Below are positions 22,721-35,777 of a stretch of 64,000 nucleotides of DNA, in pieces (position 1 is the first letter of the stretch; each line of letters begins with the position of its first letter). A model generated the notes under the pieces. That model was not told where the DNA came from, searched no databases, and saw only the letters and a list, made by a program, of their open reading frames with translations. Both the position numbers and the translations under genes were made by a program. The stretch is from Chlorokybus atmophyticus (taxonomy: Eukaryota; Plantae; Mesostigma and Chlorokybus algae): positions 1,343,962-1,407,961 of the forward strand of contig RHPI01000810.1 in NCBI GenBank assembly GCA_009103225.1. Reading direction: 5' to 3'.

Positions 22721-25078
22721 CAAAAACTGCCGTGCAGCAACAAGTTTGGAATTGCATGTCAGGCGCACAAACAACTTGCCAATGCACAGAACACTGTTGA
22801 CATTGATTGCAATAGCGTTGCAGACTGCCTGTAACCACGCATGGGCATGTTGACAATCACAAGCATGTGCAATGGCAAGCTCGGCCGCACCAACTTAGCA
22901 CTGTACTGCATGAAAAATATGGTACTACGCCGCTGCTTGCGTGCAAAGCAATGGTGCATTTACACGGCGCTTACCAATGCAAATTGTCCGGCGGTTAAGG
23001 CTTATTTCCAACTTCAGGACAACCAAAGGCAGTACACTTGGCCTGCATTATCTCTCAAGCGTGAGCACGCAAGACAGTGCACTGGTACTGGTGAAAAATC
23101 ATCTGCCATGCTGCAGCCTCACGCATACATGACAAGCACGTACTGGCTTTCTATTGTTGCCAGATTCGCACCAAGACGCTTGACGCATGCGTACATCCAA
23201 CCGCCTTGACAACTTGCTAGAGCTTGCGGCTATGCCTGTCAAGCGCAACGCGCTTGCATCCAGGTCATTGCATATTGCCTCAACAATGAAAGTCGACGTC
23301 TGAACACACAACAACTCTGTTATACAGTTCACACATGAGCAGCAGCTGCAATTGCGTAAATGCTCAGCCAAGCGCGCCGGCGAAAGGCTGAGCTCGTTGT
23401 CAATGCTCAACGCACGACGGTGCACAGCAAACCACCACCACTAACAACAACAACGTCATCAGAAGGCGGCGACAAGCACACTGCAGTGCGCATACACACT
23501 GCTAGCAAGCAACCCGTAGTAGAAAGCACGATTATTACAGCTGCAATGTATGTGCTTCCAACCAGAGATTGCTTGCTCAGCTTTACGTAAGAGGCCGTCA
23601 CTAACGTGCCAATAGCTCAACAGCAGTGTTCCGACAAGCCTACGATGGGTTCCTTGCCTCCAGCACGACAATGTGCTACACATGCGTGCGTAGGTAGTCA
23701 CACGTCCCAGCCCTCACCCCACGCAAGCTACAGCATGGCAGCGATCTGTTGGCACATGTCCAGCATGCATGGGCATGCTCATGCAAATGACAGGCTCCGC
23801 TCACTCTTCCGCAGCACGGTAGACTGTGACAGGCCTGCACAGGCTTGCGCATTCACCCCCCTCAGCCGTCCACCATCAGCTGGGAGCGTCTTGAAGGAGG
23901 CAGCACCGCGCCGGCGCATTTTCTTGCACACAAGCATGCACCGGGAACTCAACGTCTTCCTGTAACTTACGTCGACATGCGTAGAACTGCTGTTAAGCTG
24001 CTAACTAATAGGCCTGAGCTTGTGAAGCTACAGTGATGCTCGCCGCAAGTTGTACTCATCGCCTCGATATAGAGCCTCGTTTGGGAAAGCGCCCCACATC
24101 TCATGCTCGTTATGAGACCCTTGCACTCCTCGGGAGGCTGCCTGGTGCGGGCCTATTCGCACTTGGCGACTGCGTAATTACTGTAACAAGAGTACTTGAC
24201 TCAGATTTAGACAGCTGTTATATCTTCAGCACATACACATGCTATTGTATGCAATCCTTGCAAGTTCAACACATTGTAGCAAATCAATAAAGTAATTGGT
24301 GTATCGAAAAAATGAAGCTGCTGATGATTGGATGGGGATCAGTAGATTACCCTGAGAGTGTGCACGCATGTTGCATATCTTTTGCTCTTTTGCTTTAGGG
24401 GCCGCACTATTTACCATGTGCATAGGGTATAAGTCATTCAGCACATCATGCAATGCTTAGCATGCAACACACTGTGCATTGCTAGCAGCTAGCACATGCA
24501 GCCAACATAAGCAAATAGCCAATACCACACATGTACTTAAACACACCCCGGCACCCAAGACTACTCAACTAGTGCTTCCAAGCGCTGCTATGTGCAGTGG
24601 ATAGTGAGCAGCGGGTGGTAGTTGGGACGAAGAGGTACTGTAACCAATCTGGCGAATACATAGCAGAGATGGAGGCAGACTGTCAATCGTTGGGTGCAGT
24701 GGAGGCAGAGGGAGCAAGGACGGTGCAGAGCAATGCAGTGCAGTGAAGTGGTGTGGGTGTGTTGTGGATGTTTCAGCTATGCCCCCGACCCCTCCCACTT
24801 TCATCCTCCCCGTCAGGTTGTGAGGCTTTTGCAAGTGTGACGGCCGTGTGAGTTGATGAAGCGGGTTTTGCACATTAATGCTCTATAAATAAATAAATTA
24901 AAATGTGTTATGCACATGTTTCGTCAAAATATGTCAACAGTTCAGTCTCAGGCCATTATGCCACATGCAATCATTGGTGACGAAAAGTAAAGGACACATA
25001 AATGAATAATAGCAGTAGCTGACCAGACATGCATGAGGGCAAACTAGCTGCTCCCCTCACGCGCTTACCTGAGCACAA

Positions 25079-26638
25079 CGTCGCAAAATGTTTCCGTGCC
25101 GGCCGACTAAATATTGGCAACGGCCGTGCACCTGAGGATACTCATTTAGACTGTCGACCTTCAGTCCACCGGCGATCTCGATACAGGGACCTGAGCATAA
25201 CGGCCGTCACCATTAATTGACGGCCGTTTGCATAAAGAGACTGACCCTAATTAATAGGTACCTGTCAGGTACTCAACAGTTAAGCAAAGGGGACTTGACC
25301 TAACCAACACGTAACTGACCGGTACCTATCAGTTAGGTACCGGCGACTGTACGCTAACCGAGCGAAATTGTCAGGTACCTTAAGGTACCTACCATTAATG
25401 ATGTGTACCTTCAAAGGTACTTGCTGGTACCGCTCGGTCATAATTAGGTGTCACACATGATTGTCGTCATTAGCTGTGCAAAAATACGTGGCAAATAATA
25501 AAAAACAAAAAAATAATAAATACAATGTAATATATTGAGCTACTACTACTACTGCTAGTACAACTAGACTACCACTACTGCTACCACTACCACTACTGCT
25601 ACTACTACCTTAGGTACTACTGCTAGTACTACCCTTGTACTGAGCTGCGGCTCCTGCACCGCCCGCTCCAGCTCCGCCGCCGCCGTTCCTTCTCCGCCCC
25701 CGCTGGCGCCGCCTGGCCTGTTCTGGCCTAGCCCGGCCTAGCCTGGCCTGGCCTGGCCGCCCTAAGGCAAGGAGGGTAGTTAGATGGCATGCGGTGTTGC
25801 GCGTAGTACAACGTCAGACAGCAACCAAGCTCACCTACTGTTAGTCGCCGCCGCCGCCGCCCACAACGCTCTGTTCAACTTGAAGCCGTTGAGCGTTTGA
25901 ATAACTTGGGCAGCCCAAGTTATCCAGACGTGTTGTCGAAACATGACTCGCAACGGCATTATCGTATTATACAATGGTACGAAAGCACCATTGTCGCAAT
26001 AACACTATCGTACCATATCAATGGTACGATAGTGCCATTACGACAATGGCACTGTTCGTACCATTCACATAGTACGGCGGCTGCATTGTACCAGGATCTC
26101 GACTTGCCGACCGGTACCACCGTCCCGACTTGCCGACCTTTAGGGACCGGTGGTCACTTGCTTATCATACTTGACATACAATAAGTAGGTCGCCGCCGCG
26201 CTAAGTTCACGACCGGCGATCGGCCGTCACTTCATAAACGCGGTAAGGTCACCTGATAGGGACTAACGGTGACTGGCTTGCGAAAGTAGGCAGGCCGTCG
26301 CGCATACTTTTTTGACGGTCAGGGTACGACCTACGGTCGGCCGTCACTGTGTGTGACCAAAACGTGACTTATCTGCTATACAGATTGGTCGCCATCGCGC
26401 AAATGGGACGACCGACAATCAGCCGTCACCTGAAAGTGCGGTGTTGTCGTCACAGGCAAGCCACTGTCGATTGTACTTATCGGTCGACCGCTTGCCGTTG
26501 GTATATGTTGCTTAATAGTAACGGCCGTCCTTAAAAGTCCCTTTATGGACCAATCCGTTACGTCAGGTAGGGTCAGGCAGGGTCAGGCACCCGTCAGTCC
26601 CTCAGTCCCTTGTCAGTCACCGTGTAAAATTTGCGACG
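25079..26638. mobile_element. Non-autonomous DNA transposon with short TIRs (CGTCGCAAA...TTTGCGACG), copy 1
   Basis: Collinear with 56257-58124 and has the same termini. Many GGTACC, CGGCCG and GTCAG subterminal motifs plus (CTA)n and (GCC)n tracts. Flanks AA/CA, so the TSD is imperfect here. Confidence 0.8.
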
Positions 26639-27949
26639 CACTCACATGTACTTAAGTAAGTACTTAAGTAAGCTTACCATTTGTGCACGCTCATCGTGTG
26701 TTGCTTGCATTGCTGGTCGTGGGCGTGCATGCTCTCACCACCTACATGTACAAATGCAAAGGTGTTACATCATAAATTTACGAACGCTGCTTTACCCATT
26801 CTTGCATGCAGCATGCCTAACATGTGTCTGTTGTTGTAGCCATAAAACCGGGATCGATTCGTATCGATCCGTAGCGATGAGCTGCTTCATTTCCTGCAAA
26901 GAGTGCCCTGAATGTGCACAGAATCTCACAATCTGTATTGCGCAATGTACTGCGCAACCACCACGCTCCGCTTAGTAAACGTAGCAATGGCAGAAAGTGG
27001 ATGTGATGCATGCAATACTCGTACATTGGCAAACGCAAGTTTCCTCAATTAATGACACACCGGTGTGCAAATGCTATGTTTTGTCGTCTGGAATATCAGC
27101 AAGTCTAGGAGCGACATGGCATTACCGCAAGGTGTGCGTGACAGCCTCAGCATGTGTTGAGGGTAGATACCCCCTCCTGCAGCATCCGACATATACCTGA
27201 AGTGCTGAAACTCAGGGACAGACTGTCATAGTAACCGGTTAGCAGGGCTCATCCACTATAGATGCCTACATCTGGCCCACACCTCGGCATCCGCTGACAG
27301 TAACCACTTATCAGGTCTTAGACAATCCTCGTAGGGACTGGCGTAGCTGATACATTGAAGTGCCGACCCTACAACGCCTTCCTTAGCCATCAGTTGAAAA
27401 TCACCATACCTTACAAACCCGCGTTCCGCTGGAACCTTAGATCCGGCTATTTCTAGCTGATCCATTGTGAGCGTACCACGTTGGTGCCCGTTGACGGACT
27501 CACATCTGCCCATTTGGAGCAGACGATTCAGTAGTAAGTAGTGAATAGCTAACGGATAGCCGCGATTGGACCGGTTAAGGTTGCTGAATTGATGGCTCAC
27601 ATGTGTTTGTACGATAGTATAAGTAGGCAGACTGTTTTCTTGTACACTTGGTGAAACTGTGAGCGAGTACGTACGAGTACACTTAAGAAGGTGTTTTAGT
27701 GTCACAAAGCAAGTTCTAAGCTGTATGCACTGTATACATGATGAATTAATGGGTTGATTAATGTTGATAACTGTGAAGTTACTAATTAGGTGGTTACAGT
27801 CAAGCGTGTTAAAACCCGTAAATCCATTATGGGGACTTGCAATTGCAAGTGTAAAATGAGACATCATACATGAGAAAACACACGCATGATGGCAAAAGCA
27901 TTTTTTGGGAATTAACCCAAGTGGGTAACAACCTGCTACAACTGTCACC

Positions 27950-29141
27950 CATGCTTATGGTAGTGCCAAGTGAAAACTACTAATGTAGCAGTGGTTGAAT
28001 TAACATAAGTATATGCGTAAATAATTCAGATGACAAAAAAAGGTATTATATCATATTAAGGCATTTAATCGAATATGAGTCTCGGGCGGTCCTTTACTAT
28101 GATACATAAGCTTTTCCAAATTGTAATTAGGGACAGCTCAAGGTGGACCTAGTTCGGTTGCAATCAATGTAATTCAACTCCCCTTCCGAGAATTTGGAGC
28201 ACGCAATTGCATTATTAATTTGGTTACTATAGACAGAGAAGGTCTTTCTTATGACCTCAATCTAGGTAGCTCATATGTGCAAGCCGGCCAGCACGGTTGT
28301 TGCAAGCTTTTATGGTGCGGAATTGTTAGAAAGAGCCAGCAAAGGATTCCCCGAAGGATTTAAGACCACCTCCAAGGGCGCAAGTTTAATGGCAACAAAT
28401 GTTGGTTCAAAGTGAATCAATCAATAATCAGTATTTAGGGGCCAAGTAATTAGAATTACGAAGACCCCTTGCGACCATAGGAGTCCGCCAGCCATAAGCT
28501 TCTTAAGGAAGAGCGTGCAAATAAAGCTAGTTTTACGAAGTTATGAAAATTCCCAAGTCCTTGACTCCCACTTGACACGAACGTAAAAAGCACTCAGTTA
28601 CGACCTCGAAAGAACTCGTGAGTGGCTAGTTAATTGCTACTTGCACGTAGGCCAAGGTTGCCGCCGAAACCTACGATCGCAAGTAGGAATATGTCAATTG
28701 AAAAGTCATGCGGGGTTGGCGACCAGCGTAAAACACGCCACTCGCTTAACTTGGTTCGGTGAGTTTAATCTATTGTGAGGTTGGGGGGAATTAAAAGCCA
28801 AGTTGGCCGGTTGTTCTCCTCTTCTCTCCCACTACAAGGTGCCTCACCGCCGTCCTCAGCCGGAGTGATTAGTTTACCGAGGCGAGGAATAGTTTTTTGC
28901 GAAGTCGCTAAGTTAACTACTGGGATGGGGAAATTGAAGCCGAGATAGGTCTCGGCGGGAAGATACGCAAAGTCGCGAATTGGTTCGGAATTGGCAGAGC
29001 CGCTAAAATTCAAATTTTGTGTTCGCCGAGTGAAGTCATTTAGCGTGTGAACAAAGTCGCTATTATGTGTCCAAGTGAATTAACGGACCCTTTGCCGTAC
29101 GAGTGAGTCACGAGGAGGTAAGAAAAGGGGCCCCCGTTACA
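27950..29141 (-). mobile_element. Possible solo LTR or LTR fragment
   Basis: Minus strand begins TGTAACGGG at 29141, the same terminus as other LTRs in this window. Non-coding; the far end and TSD were not found. Confidence 0.3.
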
Positions 29142-29669
29142 TATAGAGCTTGAGTTGTGAAGCTTGAAGGCTGCTATGGCATGCTGCGAGTGTTGTAATG
29201 TACGAAACTCGGAGCCAGCAAGTTGTGAAGGGTTGTAATTGCGCACAACAAGCTGCCCCGGTTGCAAAGAAGCCTTCATAGCTGCAAAAGAGTGCAGCGT
29301 TTGCAGGGTCTGCACTGCTTGTCTCTGTGTGTGATCTTGGTTGCATTGAGGGCAAAGTGTGAACAGTTGATAGAAAAAATATCACTCACGCAAGGTTTCA
29401 TAGTCATAGCACTCAGTGCTAGGCTACCTCTTGCAGTGGCTTGTTCACTCACAGTTTTACCCATGTTTGCTCAAATGAGTGCGTGCATACCAATGCTGCT
29501 TGCATCATTGTAGCAATGTTCAGTGTTGAGTGTTTGCACTGGGTGACATCATTGTTTGCTTGCACATAGTGCACCATCAATTGTTGGTGTGTGAAGTGAT
29601 GTTCGAGTGGTTTACTAGTACAGCATATACACTCTCAGCTGCATACACGCCCTCATCGTGCACCTACAT

Positions 29670-31430
29670 GAGTGAGAACCCAGTCTTCAAGAGCCCACCT
29701 ATTCGCAACTACGGTGGTCCTGTCCTCAGGGAACTATCTGAGGAGAGCCACAGCAACCTCGTTGGCTGTACACCAACGTCGGACTCATCAAAGACATTGA
29801 GCTGCGAATCTCGTCCATTATTAGCTCACCATATCTGTCAGTCCACTCCTCGTCATCGCTCTCAAGCCCATGAAGCTGTTGATTACTTTGACGACATGGA
29901 GTCCCTTGGCAACACACACGTGCTATACTTCTCTGGCCGCCCTGGCACCACCTTTCTGAATGATATCATCGTCAAGTTCGACTCCAAGATGTGCTATTAG
30001 GCATTAGGCCAAACCCGGTCAGTGGTCGAATAAAATCTCCTTCCGCGGTGCCGCCTAATATCTCGAGCACGATGCATGACAGGTGTGGAGGTCCGTGCAT
30101 GTGGCTATTCAGCATCGCATCGCTGGCTTTGGAAAAACCGCCAATGTCCCCCACACGCTGCTGCTCCCACGCCATGTTTCATGCTGGACCCCTGCTTGGA
30201 CCCCTGCTGAGTGAGCATGATGCGCCCGCAACCGCTGCAACTGAGGGGGAAGCAGCCAACCCACCCATAATCCGAGGGGCATCACTGATGCAGAGTTTGC
30301 CGAAGCTCAATAGCTACGAGCAGACGACGTGGATTGTTGCGCGCATTGAGGATTGTACGAGAGCGCAACCGCACTCCTACCGACAAGGTCATTGCCGCTG
30401 CTAATGATGCAACTGCAGCCGCCTAGGCCGCTGCTGGAGCATCGCCCAAGCCAACACAGGCCAGCACTCAAATAATGTTTCATAAGCTCGTTTTCAGTGC
30501 TACTCAGCATCTTCCTGAGCTCAGCCACTGTTGGGCATCCGGCCTTTGCTGTTAGAATGGATACATTTGGGTTACCACTCCAAAATCTGTACGTTGCCCT
30601 GCGGCGTACCTTCCCTACTCAGACCAGCCACATGGTTAAAGAGTTGCGTTGCTTTCGGCGCAAGACTAATGAAGACGCTGTTCGCATGTACACACGCCGG
30701 GCTCAGCTGTTGTAAGACACGGACTATCACACCATCAGCGACAAACCTGCTGCCGTCCTGATCAAATTGTCAATTGGAGAGCGTCCGAGTGACACCGTCA
30801 ACCTGATATTGAACAACATACGGCCACACGGCTACACCCTTGCTCAGGCTTTTAAGGTGGCATCCGATGTACATGTACATGTACGAAGGGTGTGTTTGGG
30901 AGAAGGTTGTGCTGGACATGACCAGCGTTAGTTCGCGCGCACTTGCTCCCGCGCTGGAGTCTAACAAGACCGGACTCGCAGCATCCCTAGCCATGCTAGA
31001 GGTGCTTAACAAGCAGCTCATGCTGCTCACCCTGCTCCTGACCTGTGCCATTGCTATGGGCGCCATGGACAAATGAATAATGTTATTGTAAAGAATGCAC
31101 GGCCGAGTATGACAATATAATGTGACCACTGCAAAAAGACTAATTATCTAGAGGCAGTCTGTTACGCCAAGCACCCAAATTTGAGGCCCGCCAATGGCTA
31201 CAACTACAACCACACCAGCAACAATCATAGCATTAGCCATAGCACTGGCTCCCGCAAGAAAGACGATAGCGATTGTGGGAAGAGCCGGCCCTCACAACAA
31301 AAATAAAACAGCAACGCGCGCACACGCGATGCTGTTGCACAAAAGGCACCACCCACAGAGTCACTTGGGGTGATGGCAGCTCTCACCGCACAGGTGGATG
31401 AGCTCATCGCTCTGTTAAAAAGGTAGGACG
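29670..31430 (+). pseudogene. Degenerate LTR-retrotransposon gag
   Basis: Broken frames give ELRCFRRKTNEDAVRMY (gag-like) and a decayed zinc knuckle CDHCKKTNYLEAVC followed by YAKHP. Confidence 0.5.
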
Positions 31431-32893
31431 ATAACTAGCAAGCTTGCCACTTTGCTTTCCGTCACGCTGGCATGGCAACCAAGCCTGATCGAGAGTCACC
31501 GTCGAGACGGAGATCCACCTCGTGCACACTCACCACGAGGATGGGACTCACAACGGCGCCGCTGACATAAGGCAAGCAACTGCCTCGTCCACCACCACTT
31601 CAGCTGCCGCGACGTAGGCCATGCAAGCAGGTGCGACCTCGACGGCCACACAGGTGCAACCCGCTGGGGCCTCGATCACAGGAGCACATGCAGCAGATTG
31701 GGGTTCTGCATGCATTGTCTTATTTCTGTGAGGGCGGCGATATACAATGGGCGGCGCTTTATGCTTATTATGGTCCACTGTGCATGTAGCATCCTTGAAG
31801 AGAAAGAACGCGACACTTCGGCGCGAGTATCAGCATGTCAAGAAGAGCAAGGATGCGGACATGATAGAGGTATGCACACAGTACATGCTGTTCTGCTTTG
31901 GCGGCTTTAATTATTGCATAAAGCTTGGTCGGTTGTCATAATGCAACTGTCAATAAATCAATGCTCGTTTGGTGGTTCAGATTAATGGACTCTAAGAGCA
32001 GAAGTACAATGGTCACCATAGGCGCGTGGAGCACAAGGTGGAGATAAGTAGCGAGACGTGAGGGTGTGGATTTTGACCAGACCTTCAACATCGTTAACCG
32101 CGAATCAAACAGCAACCAGAGTCAAGGTTGGTCACATCTTGTATGGCGACTTTGACGCAAAGTAGTGCAACGACTCGTGGGCGCGGTCGCTGCCCTTGTA
32201 TCCTTTAAACCTGCACATCCACATGCATGTATAGGTGGTTGTTTTGTTGCAAGTGGAGTTGCGGTGTATGTAGGCAACGCTATAAAAGCAATAGTTCACA
32301 TGTAATTGTATATATACTCAGCACACGGATATGTTAATTGGTGTACTTCATTGTCATCGTTCCAATATTGTAATAGCGCGTCAAATTCAAATGAAGTACC
32401 TGCTGCAGCAGGCAATCTTTTCACAAGCCAACTGCAACCAGCATGCAAAACGTATGCAGCCGGTGTTGCTGCTATAACATGCAAAGGTTACGAGAAGAGT
32501 CGCACTTGCAACACGTACTCACGCCTTTTAATCCCTTGGTGTTATTATTGCATTGTGCATGGTTATAGGTTTGTACACATCATGCAGCTGGTAACCCACA
32601 GACGGAGTAGAACTAGTTGCTGTTGCGCTACATGCTGAGCAGCATGCACCTCTACAAGTGTTGGTACTGTAGCAATGCTTATCCGCCAACGAATGTGCTC
32701 AATCTTGTGGTGCATAGCGCTATAGTAGTAGAAGTGCGCAACGTTCGTTGGGTTATATGCAAAAATGTCTGCCTGCTGCATGTACACATTTTGCGACAAA
32801 GGCGATACCATTGAGCAGCCAGATCCAAAAGCCTATTATACAACCAATCTGCGGCTGCTGTGTCTGCAAACTAAGCTAGCGACGCGCAATCTT

Positions 32894-33394
32894 TGTCACG
32901 AATTGAGATAAATTGTGACAGACCTCACTCATGGTAGTGTCTTTTACTACCATAGCCTAGTGGTCGGGCCCCAATTGTTACAATGGTATCGGAGCTTGAC
33001 ATCTCAGGTTCAATTCCCGTAGGGGACTGAGGCAGATCCAAGGCAAAAATATTTGGGGCGGCTTGCCCTAGGCTGGGCGCGGGATCACAACCTGCGCGCT
33101 GAGCTAATTCACCTAAGGCCGCGTGAGCGGTCGCGGCGCAATGGCAGGTCACGTGGTGAGGATGGCCGGTCAGTCGGTCAGGACCGATCGTGGGCCGGAT
33201 CCAACAGGCCGCGGGCAGACCGATTGTGCTACGGTCGCAAACACGGCGACGTGGGCTAGCGCCTCATTGGATTATAAGGAACTCATGGGTTAAATTGGGG
33301 AGGAATGTCACAAATTGGGATAAATTGTGACAAACCTCACTCATGGTAGTGTCTTTTACTACCATAGCCTAGTGGTCGGGCCCCAATTGTTACA
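32894..33394 (+). mobile_element. TRIM, 501 bp: 89-bp LTRs (32894-32982, 33306-33394), iMet-type PBS, PPT, imperfect 5-bp TSD
   Basis: TG...CA LTRs identical at 86/89 positions; PBS TGGTATCGGAGC at 32984; PPT GGGGAGGAA at 33297-33305; flanks ATCTT/ATATT. Confidence 0.93.
32953..33017 (+). promoter_or_regulatory. tRNA-type Pol III promoter split by the LTR end and PBS
   Basis: A-box-like TAGCCTAGTGG at 32953-32963 (inside the LTR) and B-box-like GGTTCAATTCC at 33007-33017 (internal region), 43 nt apart. Confidence 0.7.
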
Positions 33395-33599
33395 ATATTA
33401 GACAACAAGTAGGATGTTGGTTGCTGTCACATCTATGAAAAGCTCGCTATGACGTCGGTCTTCGCACTCATACAGCATAATTGCAGCTTAATTGCCGCAT
33501 GCATATGGTTTGCGATGGCGTGGGCTATACCACATGCACTGCCCCTGACCTGCTCAAGCACCTCACGACATTTGTAAAGAGGACAATGGTCCTCGACAT

Positions 33600-34800
33600 T
33601 CTAGTCTAGGCAACCTTCATCCAGCAAAACAGCGATAGAACCTCTTCCATGGGGATGTGCGACCGCAAGTTCACCGGCGTGCTTCAAGTTGGTGGCACGC
33701 ACCTACAACCATCGAGGTTAGCAGGCTTCAATTTGTTGTACATATCAATATGTTTGTGACTCACCTTGTGCACGTTCCACACACACGTCCCAACCATTTG
33801 AGCGGCGCACTCTCACACGATCGGCAACAACAGATCCACCGCCGTAGCTCGATGGGTCATCCTTGTCCATAAGTCCTCCTTGATCCAAAAATTAGAGGTA
33901 ACACTTGCAATACCACATGAGCTTCTCCCATATGTACTTTGACATGTGCATAATTCTCTGTGACAGCATGCTGTATTGACATACAACATACAACATACAG
34001 CGGTGCTAGACATGCTGCATAGAGCAATTATGATACAATATATAGCCTTCCCCAACACACAGCATGCAGCCACTCCTGCCATGCCGACACCAGCTGCGGC
34101 TGCAAACATAAGAACCTGGTTGTTGCGCGAGAAACATTGCTTGTAGCTACCAGGTTCAGCACCGCCTCTTGACTGGCACAGGCCAGTGTTCCCTCTGATT
34201 TGAAGTCAGCCGGATTCGCTCCAAATTGCCCAACTGTTGCACCCTGCGCTTTTAGCCATAGTGTACGGCGACCATATCGTATGGCGACTATAGCGACATC
34301 ATACAAAACGCCGCAACGGCATAATCAGTATTTGTTTACGGCATGTTAGCTTTCAAGGCTTAAAAAAATATAAGTATTCGGATGGTATTTGCATACATGT
34401 TTGTATCATACATCATGTGACTGTTGTTATCAGTTGCATAAGAGGTAATATATGACTTGTGCTCCAATACAATTTGTGGTTGCGTTAACACAAGCAATTG
34501 TTGATTGATTACGCACCCACCTCTTATTATTCATTGACACCATGCATAGTGTGCACTTGATTGTTGTGATACGAGTTGGTGCGTAGTAGACTGTATACAC
34601 ATCTCGCATGCCGTATACCATTACAATGTGGTGCATACATTTGGCCTGAAATGCATCCACTAACTGCTGGCATGCACTCATGAAACTCGTCGCGGTTACA
34701 CTGTAGCGTCGCATGTCCCATGCCACCGCCAGGAGCCGCCTCACGTGACTCGCCCGCAACAACCCGCAAAACCACGAAACGGACCGAAACCATGAAAGAA
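33600..34800 (-). CDS. Possible spliced gene of unknown function, divergent from the C2 gene
   Basis: Plausible donors and acceptors (e.g. CAAG|GTGAGT near 33765) and protein-like frames (WDMRRYSVTATSFMSACQQLVDAF; LDQGGLMDKDDPSSYGGG). No recognisable domain, and the model was not completed. Confidence 0.25.
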
Positions 34801-35066
34801 CGGGGAGGGAAGCATAACGGCAGCATGTCGAAATCTTTCTTTGGGGCGACCGAGAGTTTTTTTCCGCCCCACGCTATCGAACCGTCACGGTCAAGGGGGC
34901 CTAAACACTTTTGGGCTTCTGGTGGGAGCCCACAGTGTTCGGGCCCCAATTTGGGGCCCCGTCCTTTGGGTAGAGGGATTCGCTTAAGTACGGATTTGAG
35001 AGTTTTCTTTATCGAGTTCGATCGTGGTTTCCACGTTTTTTAGGTGGGTGGGTGGGGGGGGTGGGG

Positions 35067-35549
35067 NNNNNNNNNNNNNNNNNNNNNNNNNNNNNNNNNN
35101 NNNNNNNNNNNNNNNNNNNNNNNNNNNNNNNNNNNNNNNNNNNNNNNNNNNNNNNNNNNNNNNNNNNNNNNNNNNNNNNNNNNNNNNNNNNNNNNNNNNN
35201 NNNNNNNNNNNNNNNNNNNNNNNNNNNNNNNNNNNNNNNNNNNNNNNNNNNNNNNNNNNNNNNNNNNNNNNNNNNNNNNNNNNNNNNNNNNNNNNNNNNN
35301 NNNNNNNNNNNNNNNNNNNNNNNNNNNNNNNNNNNNNNNNNNNNNNNNNNNNNNNNNNNNNNNNNNNNNNNNNNNNNNNNNNNNNNNNNNNNNNNNNNNN
35401 NNNNNNNNNNNNNNNNNNNNNNNNNNNNNNNNNNNNNNNNNNNNNNNNNNNNNNNNNNNNNNNNNNNNNNNNNNNNNNNNNNNNNNNNNNNNNNNNNNNN
35501 NNNNNNNNNNNNNNNNNNNNNNNNNNNNNNNNNNNNNNNNNNNNNNNNN
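35067..35549. other. Assembly gap (N run) flanked by G-rich runs
   Basis: N characters. Confidence 0.99.
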
Positions 35550-35777
35550 GGGGGGGGAGGTGTGAAACCTCGATACGTTTTGCAGGTGTGCTGTTTTTAG
35601 TTCACTCATTGTCGCTCTCGCTCACAGCTTAGCAGCCAGCAACTAGGGGCTTGCCTGCCAGCAAGTAGCAGGCCTAAGGCTGTTGGGCGGCGGTGTCGCC
35701 GCCGTCGTCTTCATCGTCTTCATCGCCCGGGGGAGTGGGAGGGTAGAGTTGAAGGAGCTGTTCTCCTGCTTGCAGCC

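Noticed and set aside
22730-24900. Upstream lipase-like exons that would make a full EDS1-family gene
   Set aside because: No GxSxG or lipase-like frame found by eye, and only short unrecognisable ORFs. Not fully excluded without cDNA.
27256-27948. 230-aa minus-strand ORF
   Set aside because: Composition is not protein-like, there is no motif, and it lies among repeat debris.
32894-33394. Direct repeats with a spacer as a CRISPR-like array
   Set aside because: Only two 89-bp repeats with TG..CA ends, PBS, PPT and TSD: this is a TRIM. No CRISPR array was seen anywhere in the window.
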